The notes under the pieces were generated by a model that was not told where the DNA came from, made no database searches, and saw nothing but the letters and a program-made list of their open reading frames with translations. A program made the translations under genes and the position numbers. Below are positions 1 through 9,860 of a stretch of DNA of 64,000 nucleotides, in pieces; the first letter of the stretch is position 1; every line of letters begins with the position of its first letter. The stretch lies in the NCBI GenBank assembly GCA_035550395.1, contig DASZPF010000034.1, positions 188 through 64,187 of the forward strand. The letters are read 5' to 3'. Origin of the DNA: Acidobacteriaceae bacterium. GTDB lineage: Bacteria > Acidobacteriota > Terriglobia > Terriglobales > Acidobacteriaceae.

Positions 1-516
1 ATGATCGTGGTGATGCCGCTGGGCTACGGCGACCTGGACTACGTGACGACCAACGAGGGCCGCCGCGACCCTGCACGCGCTGCCGATCACTACAAACGCT
101 TCCAGGATGCACTCCTCACAGAGATTCGGCCGCAGGTGGAGGCGCAATATCATGTGCTGCGCGACCGCGACCACCGCGCCATCGCCGGCCTCTCCATGGG
201 CGGCCAGGAGGCGCTGACGATCGGGCTGACCCATACGAACGAGTTCGCCTATGTACTGGGACTCAGTGCCGCAGCGCAGGGCATCCCGAACAATCCGGCA
301 TTGGCCGGCCTGAATCCGAAGTCGGCGGACCTGAAGCTACTGTGGATCTCCTGCGGCACAGAGGATTCGCTCTCGGAGCCCAACCACCGGCTAATGGAGT
401 GGCTGAAGTCGAAGGGCATGGATGTCCACTATGTGCAGACGCCGGGCGTACACTCCTGGATCGTCTGGCAGGACAACCTGGCGCACTTTGCACCTCTGCT
501 CTTCCAGACAAAGTAG
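1..516 (+). CDS. Alpha/beta-hydrolase esterase (enterochelin esterase/CE1-like), probably 5'-truncated by the window edge
   Basis: GLSMGG nucleophile elbow, CGTED acid and GVHSW His motifs; begins mid-domain (IVVMP). Confidence 0.85.
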   Translation: MIVVMPLGYGDLDYVTTNEGRRDPARAADHYKRFQDALLTEIRPQVEAQYHVLRDRDHRAIAGLSMGGQEALTIGLTHTNEFAYVLGLSAAAQGIPNNPALAGLNPKSADLKLLWISCGTEDSLSEPNHRLMEWLKSKGMDVHYVQTPGVHSWIVWQDNLAHFAPLLFQTK

Positions 517-530
517 CTCGGCCCGTACTC

Positions 531-1955
531 CTAACCGGCCTCTGCGTTCGCCTGCTCGCTCACCTGCCGCAGGCTAACGCGCACGCGCTCCACCTTGCGC
601 TCGGTTGAGGCCAGCACCTCCAGGCGCAGACCGTCCTCTTCCACAACCTCGCCGGGCATGGGAATATGGCCGGCCATCTCGCTGACGAGGCCGCCGAGTG
701 TGGTCGCCTCATAGTGCGGGGGAAGCGGCAGTGTGTGCCGCCCTGAGCCGTTCCGCAGGGCGGAGTCGGCTTGTTCTTCCACCTCTGCCTCCACCGATTC
801 GCTCTCTTCATCCTCGTGAGAGGCAGGCCCCAGTTGCTCACTGAACAGTTCCCGCAGCCGCGAGACCTCAAAGCTGCCGGGAACGACGAAGCTGCCATCC
901 GCTTCACGCACCGGCTCGTTGCTCTCTTCCCCCTCATCATGCTCATCATCGATGGAGCCGACGATCGCCTCCAGCAGGTCCTCAATCGTCACCAGGCCGG
1001 CGACTCCGCCATACTCATCGATGACGATACGCAGGTGCTGCTTTTCCAGCTGCATCTCACGCAACAACTCGGAGACGTTCTTGGTCTCCGGAACAAATTC
1101 CGCCTCCCGCTGCAGGTCTTTCACCGTCGAGTGCATGGCCTCCGTCCCGATGGCCTGCAGAAGATCGCGCGCGAAGGCGATGCCGGTGATCTGGTCCAGC
1201 GATCCGGCATAGACGGGGACCCGTGAGAAACCATTCTCCTTAAGCTGATCGAGAAACTCCGCGAGGGTCAGCGTCTCTCGCACAGCAAAGATCTCCGGCC
1301 GAGGAGTCATCACCTCACGCACGACCTTATCGCCAAACTCAACCACCGACCGCACCAGCTCGCGGTCACTCTCCTCCAGGATGCCCTCTTCTTCCCCCGC
1401 CTCCAGCAACGCCTCAACCGCCTCGGAGGGACGTTCCTCCTCGGCCGAGTCCTCGGGCTCAGCCAGCGCCACGATCGAGAGCAGCAAGCCCAGCATCAGG
1501 GTGACAGGCAGAATCAGGTAGAAGAGCGCCTGCATCGGATAGCGGATGCGCGCGATCCAGAGCCCGCGCGTGCGCGTAAAGAGGAGCTGCGGCACCAGCC
1601 GGTCGAAGAAGAGGATCAGGAGCACCAGCAGGCCCGCTGTCAGCGCCGTCTCCTCGACGCTGGGGGCGCGGGCCAGGGCAGGCATCGCCTTTACGTGGGT
1701 GTACAGGCGCAGTCCGGCGATCAGCGCAATGGCCGCAAGCGCAAGCTGCCGCAGCACGGAGGCGGAGAGCGCGACACTCTCTCTGCCCAGGTGCAGCTTC
1801 GGCTCCACGGCGCGTGTCCAGGCCTCAATATTGTCCTCATACTCCCGGGCCAGAAATCGACCCATCTCCGTGTAGATCCGGTCGACATAGGAGGCGAGCG
1901 ACAACAGCAGAAGCAGGCCCGCGATGAGGACGTCCTGGGAGGAGATTGCGTTCAT
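531..1955 (-). CDS. Hemolysin/CNNM family protein (CNNM TM + CBS pair + CorC_HlyC)
   Basis: N-terminal TM helices; VREVMTPR, FSRVPVY, IDEYGGVAGLVTIEDLLE; 4-nt overlap with ybeY. Confidence 0.9.
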   Translation of the reverse strand: MNAISSQDVLIAGLLLLLSLASYVDRIYTEMGRFLAREYEDNIEAWTRAVEPKLHLGRESVALSASVLRQLALAAIALIAGLRLYTHVKAMPALARAPSVEETALTAGLLVLLILFFDRLVPQLLFTRTRGLWIARIRYPMQALFYLILPVTLMLGLLLSIVALAEPEDSAEEERPSEAVEALLEAGEEEGILEESDRELVRSVVEFGDKVVREVMTPRPEIFAVRETLTLAEFLDQLKENGFSRVPVYAGSLDQITGIAFARDLLQAIGTEAMHSTVKDLQREAEFVPETKNVSELLREMQLEKQHLRIVIDEYGGVAGLVTIEDLLEAIVGSIDDEHDEGEESNEPVREADGSFVVPGSFEVSRLRELFSEQLGPASHEDEESESVEAEVEEQADSALRNGSGRHTLPLPPHYEATTLGGLVSEMAGHIPMPGEVVEEDGLRLEVLASTERKVERVRVSLRQVSEQANAEAG

Positions 1956-2443
1956 GCCCGCGCTCGCTTCCGCGGTGGAGCAAGCGTCCGCTCGATCAGT
2001 CCTCCGGGCAGTCCCAGTTCGCTGCGCAGCTCGGCCTCGCGCGCTTCCATCTGCCCCTGGTCCTGCTCATGGTCGAATCCGGCGAGGTGCAGCAGCCCAT
2101 GGAGGATCAGTACGCGCACCTCGTCATGCAGGGTGTGGTCGAAACGCTTCGCCTGCCGCGCCGCCGCTTCAAGCGAAATTGCAAGATCTCCGGCGATCCG
2201 CCGCTCACCCGGAAATACCGTGGAGACTGCGGCCGGAAAGGAAAGCACGTCGGTAGCCTTGTCTTTTCCGCGGAACTGGCGATTCAAGCGGCGCAGCGTC
2301 ACGTCGTCGGCCATCAGCACGTGCACCTCGCCTTCGAGGCCGATGGCGGCGCGCGCCAGCCTGAGGAAGCGCATAATTCTCGCCCTGGTCAGGCCTTCGT
2401 CGGCCAGCTGGCCCATTCCTCGCGGAGGTTCGATAGTAATCAT
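1952..2443 (-). CDS. ybeY: rRNA maturation endoribonuclease YbeY
   Basis: LNRQFRGKDKATDVLSF and HGLLHLAGFDH motifs; phoH-ybeY-CBS synteny. Confidence 0.95.
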   Translation of the reverse strand: MITIEPPRGMGQLADEGLTRARIMRFLRLARAAIGLEGEVHVLMADDVTLRRLNRQFRGKDKATDVLSFPAAVSTVFPGERRIAGDLAISLEAAARQAKRFDHTLHDEVRVLILHGLLHLAGFDHEQDQGQMEAREAELRSELGLPGGLIERTLAPPRKRARA

Positions 2444-2505
2444 GCGCGCAAAACGTCAATAGAGGGCACGGGGCCCTCTATTGAGATTCTAGTGCATCGG
2501 TCGAA

Positions 2506-3558
2506 CTACTGCGGCTTGGCCATCCTCTGCACGGGGGTTGCAGGCTCGTCCGGCGTCTGCATCCCGACAGCGGGCATCTCCTCGCCCAGCCCCAGCGGAA
2601 GCTGCTGCTGCGCCCGCCCATAACTGTCATACGCGCGCACAATGCGCTGCACCAGATGATGACGGACCACGTCGACGTCCTCGAAGTGGCAGATGCGGAT
2701 GCCCTCCACGCCGTCCAGTACACTCATGGCCTCCAGCAGCCCCGAACGCCTCGGATTGGGCAGGTCGATCTGCGTCAGGTCGCCGGTGATGACGACCTTG
2801 GAGCCGTTTCCCATGCGGGTGAGGAACATCTTCATCTGCTCATTGGTGGTGTTCTGCGCTTCGTCCATGATGATGAAGGCGTCCGACAGGGTGCGCCCGC
2901 GCATAAAGGCCAGTGGCGCGACCTCGATCACATTCGTCTCCAGCATCTTGTCCACTTTGGCCGGATCGAGCAGGTCGTACAGAGCGTCGTACAGAGGCCG
3001 CAGGTAAGGATCCACTTTTTCCTGCAGGCTGCCTGGCAGAAAGCCGAGCCGCTCCCCCGCCTCCACCGCAGGGCGTACGAGGACGATGCGGCTCACTCGT
3101 TTGGCCATCAGTGAGGACACAGCCATGGCGACAGCGAGATATGTCTTGCCTGTTCCGGCCGGTCCCAGGCCAAAGATCATGTCACTTTGCTCGATCGCCT
3201 CGACGTACTTCCGCTGATTGGGCGAGCGCGGCTGCACCATGCGCTTGACGCCGGCCGAGCGCTGCCGCCCGGAATCTACCAGCGACTTCAGCGTCACCGC
3301 AGGGTCCGCGATCACCAGCCGCAGCATTCCCTTCAACTCGCCGTTCTGCAGCGTAATCCCATTGCGCCGCAGCGCCTCATAGTCTGTGAAGATACGCTCC
3401 ACCTGTGCCACGCCCTCTTCCGGACCAGTCACTTCGATCTCATCGGAGCGAAGATCGATTGTGACTTGCAGAGAGTCTTCCATCAGCCGAAGGTTTTCAT
3501 CGCGGGTCCCATACAGGGGCTCAATGCCGGGCGTAATCTCCAGAGATTTTTTAATCAA
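2506..3558 (-). CDS. phoH: PhoH family ATPase (YbeZ-like)
   Basis: GPAGTGKT, RPAVEAGERLGFLPG, FMRGRTL, DEAQN; TTG start with upstream GGAGG. Confidence 0.95.
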   Translation of the reverse strand: MIKKSLEITPGIEPLYGTRDENLRLMEDSLQVTIDLRSDEIEVTGPEEGVAQVERIFTDYEALRRNGITLQNGELKGMLRLVIADPAVTLKSLVDSGRQRSAGVKRMVQPRSPNQRKYVEAIEQSDMIFGLGPAGTGKTYLAVAMAVSSLMAKRVSRIVLVRPAVEAGERLGFLPGSLQEKVDPYLRPLYDALYDLLDPAKVDKMLETNVIEVAPLAFMRGRTLSDAFIIMDEAQNTTNEQMKMFLTRMGNGSKVVITGDLTQIDLPNPRRSGLLEAMSVLDGVEGIRICHFEDVDVVRHHLVQRIVRAYDSYGRAQQQLPLGLGEEMPAVGMQTPDEPATPVQRMAKPQ

Positions 3559-3739
3559 GCGCTTGTCTGACCTCCGTCAGGAAATTCGGGGTGATTTACG
3601 AATGTAGGTTGAGAGTTGCTCAGCGACGGCCTGCTGTGCCCGCCCGCAGCACAAATCGCAAACGGCACAAAATAGTTCTTTGTCTGGGGGACAGGGGCCG
3701 GATTGGCGTAAGTTGCCAAAATTCGCCGAAGTTGGGCAC

Positions 3740-3768
3740 AGACTAGACCGCAGTCCGCACACAGTCAA
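3740..3768 (-). promoter_or_regulatory. Sigma70-type promoter for the phoH operon (TTGACT-N17-TAGTCT)
   Basis: Near-consensus -35/-10 with 17-nt spacing, about 180 nt upstream of phoH. Confidence 0.6.
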
Positions 3769-3853
3769 GCCAATTTTTGGATGATTACCGTACTCTGCAG
3801 GATGCACGCGGCAGTCCAACGGTAGAAGCATGACTCCTGTAACATTCTTCGCT

Positions 3854-4633
3854 ATGAAAGAGCCCCTGCGCCGCGGCGTCCTCTTCGCGCCTGCTCTCCT
3901 CGCCGCATTCACCTTCACTGCGCGCAGTCAAGCTCCAGCACCCCAACCCGCCGCACCCTCATTTGAAGTCGCCATTGTGCGCCTCGGCGATCCCAACCCG
4001 GCTCCATTCGGTCCGAACGATGAGCCTCTGAGCCACTTCCCGACGAACCACTTCTATGCCCGCAATCTTCCGCTGAAACTCATCCTCGGTATCGCCTTCG
4101 GCGTCGATCAACGTTATGTCGACGGAGGCCCGAGCTGGCTCGACACGCAAAACTATTGGATCGACGCTAAAGTCGAAGGCGATCAGCAACTCCCCGGCGA
4201 TCAAATGAAGCCTCTGCTTCAGAATCTGCTCGTACAGCGCCTCGGGCTGAAAGTCCATCACGAATCCAGACTCGTTGCCGGGTACGAGATGGTCCTAGCG
4301 AAAGGCGGCACAAAGCTCCAGCCGGCCAAAGGAGAAAGGAGCTGGGGATCGATCGGCCCCGACCAGCTCTCGGGTGCGAAGGTAAGCGCCTCCACCATCG
4401 CCCAGTTTCTCTCCTACTCCGTTCGCCAGCCCGTTATCGACAAGACCGGCCTGACCGGCTCCTATGACATCAAGCTCTCCTACGCACCGCTCAACGACCC
4501 CAACGCAACCTCCAACAACCCCGATATCTTCACCGCCGTCCAGGAACAGCTTGGCCTCAAGCTCGTCCCGGCCAAAGTCCCCGTCGACTATCTCGTTATC
4601 GACCACGTGAATCGTGTGCCCGCGGAAAATTAG
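3854..4633 (+). CDS. TIGR03435 (DUF3738) family secreted protein
   Basis: Signal peptide; SFEVAIVR, GGPSWLD, LLQNLL..RLGL, PVIDKTGLTGSYD, QEQLGLKL, LVIDHV; alternative start 3830. Confidence 0.85.
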   Translation: MKEPLRRGVLFAPALLAAFTFTARSQAPAPQPAAPSFEVAIVRLGDPNPAPFGPNDEPLSHFPTNHFYARNLPLKLILGIAFGVDQRYVDGGPSWLDTQNYWIDAKVEGDQQLPGDQMKPLLQNLLVQRLGLKVHHESRLVAGYEMVLAKGGTKLQPAKGERSWGSIGPDQLSGAKVSASTIAQFLSYSVRQPVIDKTGLTGSYDIKLSYAPLNDPNATSNNPDIFTAVQEQLGLKLVPAKVPVDYLVIDHVNRVPAEN

Positions 4634-4653
4634 CCGCACCTTTCAACCAATGG

Positions 4654-4679
4654 GGAACTCATCCGTCCAATCGGACGTA
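4654..4679 (+). promoter_or_regulatory. Putative ECF-sigma promoter GGAACT-N16-CGTA
   Basis: AAC/CGT ECF consensus with 16-nt spacer upstream of the gene at 4736. Confidence 0.45.
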
Positions 4680-4735
4680 CCTTCCGTTAGTTCCGGCCCC
4701 TGAAATTCGATCCCGAAAGTCCAAGGCGGTCCCGC

Positions 4736-6424
4736 ATGACGCTGCAGCGTGCAGTCCTGAGCCTCGCGCCAGTCGCTCTCCTCGCTATTCTGCCCATCTC
4801 GCTCCCCGCCCAAGCTGCGGCGACCGATAAGCCACAGGCGCCCAATACGACCGTCCCAGCCCAGCCGTCCTTCGAAATCGCCGACGTTCATCCCAGTCCC
4901 TATACATTCCAGTCCAACTACTTTCACTGGAACCCGCAGGGTACTGACCGCTTCCTTCTTCACCAGGCCTCCCTCGTCGACCTCATCGCCTTTGCCTACA
5001 AGCTTGAGAACGATCACATCTTCGGCGGCCCCACCTGGCTGACCTTCGACCACTTTGACATCGTCGCAAAACAGCCACCGGGAACTCCGGTCGATACCAG
5101 TCGGCTGATGTTGCGAGCTCTGCTCGCGGAGCGCTTCCATCTGGTATCGCACAACGACACCAAGCCGCTGCCCGCGCAGTTGCTGACCGTAGCCAAGGGC
5201 GGCCTGAAGATGAAACCCGCCGCAGACACAACTGTTCCTTCAGACTGCCAGTTCCATCCGCCGGATCCGCCGCCCGCCCCGGACGCTCCGCCGCCCAGCA
5301 GCTTCTTCCTCACCTGCCGCAACATGACGATGGAGCAGTTTGCCAATCAGATTCCTCGCTGGGGACCGACAGAGCGATATCCCATCATCGATCAAACCGG
5401 AGTGAAGGGTGCGTGGGACTTTGACATCACCTACCACATGCTGCCGTCGCGCACCGGCCTCGATGTCGCCAACGACCTCGAAAAGCTCGGCCTCAAGCTC
5501 GCCATCGGCGAGACTCCCCAGCCGGTGCTTGACGTCGACAGCCTGATCGAAACTCCGACTCCAAACGCACCGAACCTGGCCGAGTTGCTGCCGCCACCAC
5601 CGCCGCCCGCCTTCGAGGTTGCTGTGGTGCGCCCCAGCCCGCCGGATGCCACTGGCGACATGAACCTCTTCTTCAATCCCTCCGGCGACGTTCGGATCAC
5701 CCACGCTACTCTGCAGCGCATGATCGGCGAGGCCTACGACATCTCCGGAGCAGGCATCGACAACATCCCCGACTTCCTGGCGAAAGACCATTGGGACGTC
5801 GTCGCCAAGATCCCGCAGGACGTCTACCCGAAAAACAAGAACGGATCACCGGACATTCCGTACGATGACATTCAGCTCATGCTGCGCTCACTGCTCGCGG
5901 AGCGCTTCGGCATGAAGGCCCACTTTGAAGACCGCCCGAACGACACCGCATGGATCCTGACCGCGGCCAATCCAAAGCTGAAGAAAGCGGCGGATCCCAC
6001 CATGCGGACCTCCTGTGACAACATGCCTCCGCCTGGCGAAAAGGACCCGCGCGCCGCCAACCCCATCCGCAATCGCGCCATGTGGTGCCACAACGTCACC
6101 ATGGACCAGTTGGCCAATCAGCTGATGTACTTCGCGCTGGACTACATCAAGTCGCCGGTGCTGAACGCCACCCATATCGAAGGCTCCTATGACATCGAGC
6201 TCAACTGGAGCACCTCGCGTGTCGCCCGCGGTGTGGAAGGCATCGATGGCCGTCCGGTCCGCAATGACCCCGGAGGCGACCCATCGCAGCCGGCCGAGCC
6301 TACGGGCGCTATCTCGCTGCCGGATGCGATCTCAAAACAGCTCGGGCTCAAGCTCGAACAGCAGAAGCGCGACATCCCCATGCTGGTGCTCGACCACATT
6401 GAGCGCAACCCTACCGAGAACTGA
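4736..6424 (+). CDS. TIGR03435 (DUF3738) family protein with two tandem domains
   Basis: Signal peptide; SFEIADV...LLAERF...LGLKL repeated as AFEVAVV...LLAERF...QLGLKL. Confidence 0.85.
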   Translation: MTLQRAVLSLAPVALLAILPISLPAQAAATDKPQAPNTTVPAQPSFEIADVHPSPYTFQSNYFHWNPQGTDRFLLHQASLVDLIAFAYKLENDHIFGGPTWLTFDHFDIVAKQPPGTPVDTSRLMLRALLAERFHLVSHNDTKPLPAQLLTVAKGGLKMKPAADTTVPSDCQFHPPDPPPAPDAPPPSSFFLTCRNMTMEQFANQIPRWGPTERYPIIDQTGVKGAWDFDITYHMLPSRTGLDVANDLEKLGLKLAIGETPQPVLDVDSLIETPTPNAPNLAELLPPPPPPAFEVAVVRPSPPDATGDMNLFFNPSGDVRITHATLQRMIGEAYDISGAGIDNIPDFLAKDHWDVVAKIPQDVYPKNKNGSPDIPYDDIQLMLRSLLAERFGMKAHFEDRPNDTAWILTAANPKLKKAADPTMRTSCDNMPPPGEKDPRAANPIRNRAMWCHNVTMDQLANQLMYFALDYIKSPVLNATHIEGSYDIELNWSTSRVARGVEGIDGRPVRNDPGGDPSQPAEPTGAISLPDAISKQLGLKLEQQKRDIPMLVLDHIERNPTEN

Positions 6425-6429
6425 CAGTC

Positions 6430-8217
6430 TTACGGCTTCGGCCGCAGCTTATCCAGCAACGACTCCGCCGTCAGCGACGTGTTCAGCACATCCCCCGCCG
6501 TCAGCCAGGCGCGCCGCAGCTGCGTGATGCCATAGCGCATCTGGTCCAGCTCCTCGGTTGCGTGCGCGTCGGTGTTGACGACGATCTTGCAGCCAAGCTC
6601 CCGCGCGCGACGCAGGTGCAGATCACTCAGGTCCGCACGCGAGGGGCTGGCATTGTGTTCCACGGCGACTCCCAGCTCCGCAGCCTTGGTGAGCACGCAG
6701 TCCAGGTTCAGCGCATAGGCCTCACGCGCAAGAATCTTGCGGCCCGTCGGATGCCCCAGAATGCGCACCTGCGGGTTCTCCAGCGCGCGCACCACGCGCG
6801 CCGTCATCTCTTCGATCGGCTGATTGAAATGCGAGTGTACGCTGGCGATCACGATGTCCATCTCGGCCAGCGTCGCGTCGCTCAAGTCCAGCGCACCATC
6901 GGCCAGGATGTCCACCTCAATCCCCGCCAGCACGCGGATGCGCCCGCCATGCTCCTTCTTTAACTCCGCGTCCACCTCACGAATTCTCTTCACGTGCGCG
7001 AGCGCCCGCTCATCGTCCAGGCCGTTGGTCATCGCAAGATTCTTCGAGTGGTCGGTAATCGCAACGTATGCCAACCCACGCGCCATAGCGGCCTCGGCCA
7101 TGGCGCGGATCGTGTCGCGGCCATCGGTTGCCTCGGTATGCATGTGCAGATCGCCGCGAATGTCCGCCAGTTCGATCAGATGCGGCAGGCCGCCTTCCTT
7201 CGCCTTTGCAAAGCTCGCCGCCGCCGCTTCAATCTCGCCGCCGTTCTCGCGCAGCTCCGGCGGGATGAACTCCAGCTCCAGCGCGTGATAGATATCTTCC
7301 TCCGTCGCCGCCGCAACAATGGAGTTGTCCTCCAACCGCAGCAGTGCATACTCGTTCAGCGTGAGCCCGCGTTTGATTGCGCGCTGCCGCAGTGCGACGT
7401 TGTGGTGCTTGGAGCCGGTGAAGTACTGCAGAGCCGCTCCGTAGCTCGCTCGCGGCAGCAGGCGCACGTCCACCTGCAGGCCGTTGCGCAGCGTAAAGCT
7501 CACCTTGTTTTGTCCGCGGGCCAGCAGCTTGTCGATCAGCGGCAGTGTCGCCACGTGTTCCACCGCAGCTGCGACAACATCGGGCTCACAGGCTGGCCCA
7601 GTCACCAGCAGGTCCAGGTCGCCGACGCTCTCACGGCCGCGCCGCAGCGAGCCTGCGGGCGCAATCTCCTCGATGCCGGGAAACTGAAAGATAAGCGCCG
7701 AGATGCGCTCGGCCTGTTGTCGCGCCTGATCGATGCGAAAGCGGCCCGTATTGCGGCGATAATCCTCAATACCCTTGAGGAGTTTGGTGGCAAACTTCTC
7801 TCCCATGCGCGGCAGGCCGGCCAGCTTCCCTTCACGCGCAGCGGCCTCCAGGGCATCGATGTCAGCGACGCCAAGGGCCGACCACACCAGCGCGACCGTC
7901 TTGGGCCCCATGCCCGGCAGACGCAGCAGCTCCAGCATGGTGGGCTTGTACTTGGTCAGCAACTCCGCGCGGATCGGCATGGTGCCCGTGGACACCAGCT
8001 CGCAGATGTTGGCTGCCATGCCTTTGCCGATACCTGGGATTGTGAGAAGTTGCTTCGGGTCGCTGTTGGCCAGCGCGGACAGCTGAGTAGTCTGCTGCTC
8101 CACGGCCTCGGCCGCACGACGGTAGGAACGGATGCGGAATGGATCCGCTGCATCGATTTCCAGCAGCGCCGCGGTCTCATCCAGCAGCCGGGCGATGGTG
8201 ATGTTGTCCATAGGCAT
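6430..8217 (-). CDS. polX: DNA polymerase/3'-5' exonuclease PolX (PolX + PHP)
   Basis: FRIRSYRRAA, AGSLRR, GDLD, YFTGSK; PHP motifs DLHMHT, TDHS, GHPTGR, NTDAH; alternative start 8211. Confidence 0.95.
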   Translation of the reverse strand: MPMDNITIARLLDETAALLEIDAADPFRIRSYRRAAEAVEQQTTQLSALANSDPKQLLTIPGIGKGMAANICELVSTGTMPIRAELLTKYKPTMLELLRLPGMGPKTVALVWSALGVADIDALEAAAREGKLAGLPRMGEKFATKLLKGIEDYRRNTGRFRIDQARQQAERISALIFQFPGIEEIAPAGSLRRGRESVGDLDLLVTGPACEPDVVAAAVEHVATLPLIDKLLARGQNKVSFTLRNGLQVDVRLLPRASYGAALQYFTGSKHHNVALRQRAIKRGLTLNEYALLRLEDNSIVAAATEEDIYHALELEFIPPELRENGGEIEAAAASFAKAKEGGLPHLIELADIRGDLHMHTEATDGRDTIRAMAEAAMARGLAYVAITDHSKNLAMTNGLDDERALAHVKRIREVDAELKKEHGGRIRVLAGIEVDILADGALDLSDATLAEMDIVIASVHSHFNQPIEEMTARVVRALENPQVRILGHPTGRKILAREAYALNLDCVLTKAAELGVAVEHNASPSRADLSDLHLRRARELGCKIVVNTDAHATEELDQMRYGITQLRRAWLTAGDVLNTSLTAESLLDKLRPKP

Positions 8218-8299
8218 GAGTCGCGTTCAGGCCCCACGGGCATCTTTCTCCCGTGGGATTCCCAGACTCAAACCATGCTACGCGAGACAGACAATGAAA

Positions 8300-8536
8300 T
8301 TACGCTGCGGCGTCGTTCTTGATGCTGTCGCGTACGCGGACGACTTGATCGGCCTGCGGCCCCTTTGTCCCCTGGATGATGTCGAACTCTACCTCGTCAC
8401 CTTCCTTCAGGCTCTTGTATCCGTCGGCCTGGATCGAGCTGTAATGCACAAAAACGTCCGGTCCGCCCTCGCGTCCGAGAAAGCCGTAACCTTTCGCGTT
8501 GTTAAACCACTTCACGGTACCCCTGTATTGCGCCAA
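8300..8536 (-). CDS. Cold-shock protein (CspA family), 78 aa
   Basis: [26 protein letters not shown]; TTG start at 8536 behind AAGGGAGAG; the longer ORF-track extension is unlikely. Confidence 0.95.
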   Translation of the reverse strand: MAQYRGTVKWFNNAKGYGFLGREGGPDVFVHYSSIQADGYKSLKEGDEVEFDIIQGTKGPQADQVVRVRDSIKNDAAA

Positions 8537-8732
8537 GTGAACTCTCCCTTGCTGGATGGCTGATCCGGTTATTCCGGTCTCAGCTGTACGACGCCGGATA
8601 GTGGCTGGATGGTTTTCTGGATAGGTTGCCCGATCGAAAACAAAAAAAATGTTTCCCATGTCACAGAACGGGAACCTTGTCCGATTCTCAGCGGGAAGAT
8701 GCAGAAGCTTGCATGTATTCTTCTGGAGGATC

Positions 8733-9572
8733 ATGAAACGAGTTCTGACCGCAGCCCTGCTCATCGCAGTCGTAGTTGCGCTTATCTTCTTCGGGCATCA
8801 ATGGATGCTGGCGCTGGCCGCATGTGTAGTGGCGGAATTTGCCGCATACGAATATGTGTCACTGGCCAACACGGGCGGTGCACGTGTGCCCGCCTGGTGG
8901 ATGGCGATTGCCGTCGCTCTGTTCTTTTACTTCACTTCCTACCGCCCAATCGAAGCGCAGTTGCCGGTATTGAGTCTGCTCGCGCTTGCCCTTCTGGCGT
9001 GGACCGGCTTTCACGGGGCCCTGGAGCGTGTGCTACCCGACGCAGCGATCGGTCTCTTCGGTCTCGTCTATGTCGCCTATCCGCTGCTGCTGATTCCTCT
9101 CATCTGGAACCGCGACGATGGGAAGGCCCTCATTCTGTTCCTCATGGTCTGCGTCTGGGCAGGAGACATCGCAGCTCTCTACGTCGGACGCAGTTTCGGC
9201 CGCCGCAAACTTACGCGCCTGAGCCCCAACAAGACCTGGGAAGGCTCCATAGCTTCTGTATTGGGCAGCCTCGTGGCCGGTCTGGCGGTCGTTTACCTGG
9301 GTGACCTGCTCTCCATGCGTGGCAATACTGTGCTCCACATTCTCGCCCCGGTTTGGGAGTCCGCGCTGATGGCCGTGGTGCTCAACATTGCTGCTCAGGT
9401 GGGCGACCTGCTGGAGTCGGCCATCAAGCGCGGCGCCGGCGTCAAGGACTCGGGCACGATCCTTCCCGGTCACGGCGGCATTCTGGATCGTATCGACGCC
9501 CTGCTTCTCGCCGCACCTGTCCTGTGGTGCATGCTCCTGCTCAAAGACGCATTCGGCCTGGGCAGATTTTGA
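8733..9572 (+). CDS. cdsA: Phosphatidate cytidylyltransferase
   Basis: [36 protein letters not shown]; GGAGG before ATG 8733. Confidence 0.95.
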   Translation: MKRVLTAALLIAVVVALIFFGHQWMLALAACVVAEFAAYEYVSLANTGGARVPAWWMAIAVALFFYFTSYRPIEAQLPVLSLLALALLAWTGFHGALERVLPDAAIGLFGLVYVAYPLLLIPLIWNRDDGKALILFLMVCVWAGDIAALYVGRSFGRRKLTRLSPNKTWEGSIASVLGSLVAGLAVVYLGDLLSMRGNTVLHILAPVWESALMAVVLNIAAQVGDLLESAIKRGAGVKDSGTILPGHGGILDRIDALLLAAPVLWCMLLLKDAFGLGRF

Positions 9573-9605
9573 TCACCTGAGAGAGTGCATGATAGCCTCC
9601 ACGCC

Positions 9606-9830
9606 ATGAACGCCTTTTGGACGAATACACTCGTTAGCATCGCTCCGTTCGTGGCACTATTGGCACTCTGGGGATTTCTGCTCCGGCAAATGCGCAAGGG
9701 AAAGGGCCAGACTCAACAAACCCTCATCGAGCCGATGCGCAAGGTTCTTCAGGATGAGATCGTTACGGAAATGCGAGCTTTGCGGGAATCGATCGACGGC
9801 TTGCGCAAAGACCTGAACGAACGCCGATGA
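9606..9830 (+). CDS. Small membrane protein (1 TM + coiled coil) resembling FtsH TM2
   Basis: 74-aa ORF filling the cdsA-dxr gap; TAGCCT -10-like box 7 nt before ATG. Confidence 0.6.
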   Translation: MNAFWTNTLVSIAPFVALLALWGFLLRQMRKGKGQTQQTLIEPMRKVLQDEIVTEMRALRESIDGLRKDLNERR

Positions 9831-9860
9831 ATTCACCCTTATATCTGAGAAAATAGACCT

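Noticed and set aside
3833-3843. ACTCCTGTAAC shared with 63084-63094
   Set aside because: A single 11-mer match is plausible by chance, and the second palindrome arm is missing here
8537-8764. N-terminal extension of the cold-shock ORF
   Set aside because: A good RBS and TTG lie at 8536; the extension would overlap cdsA and is more likely a 5' UTR
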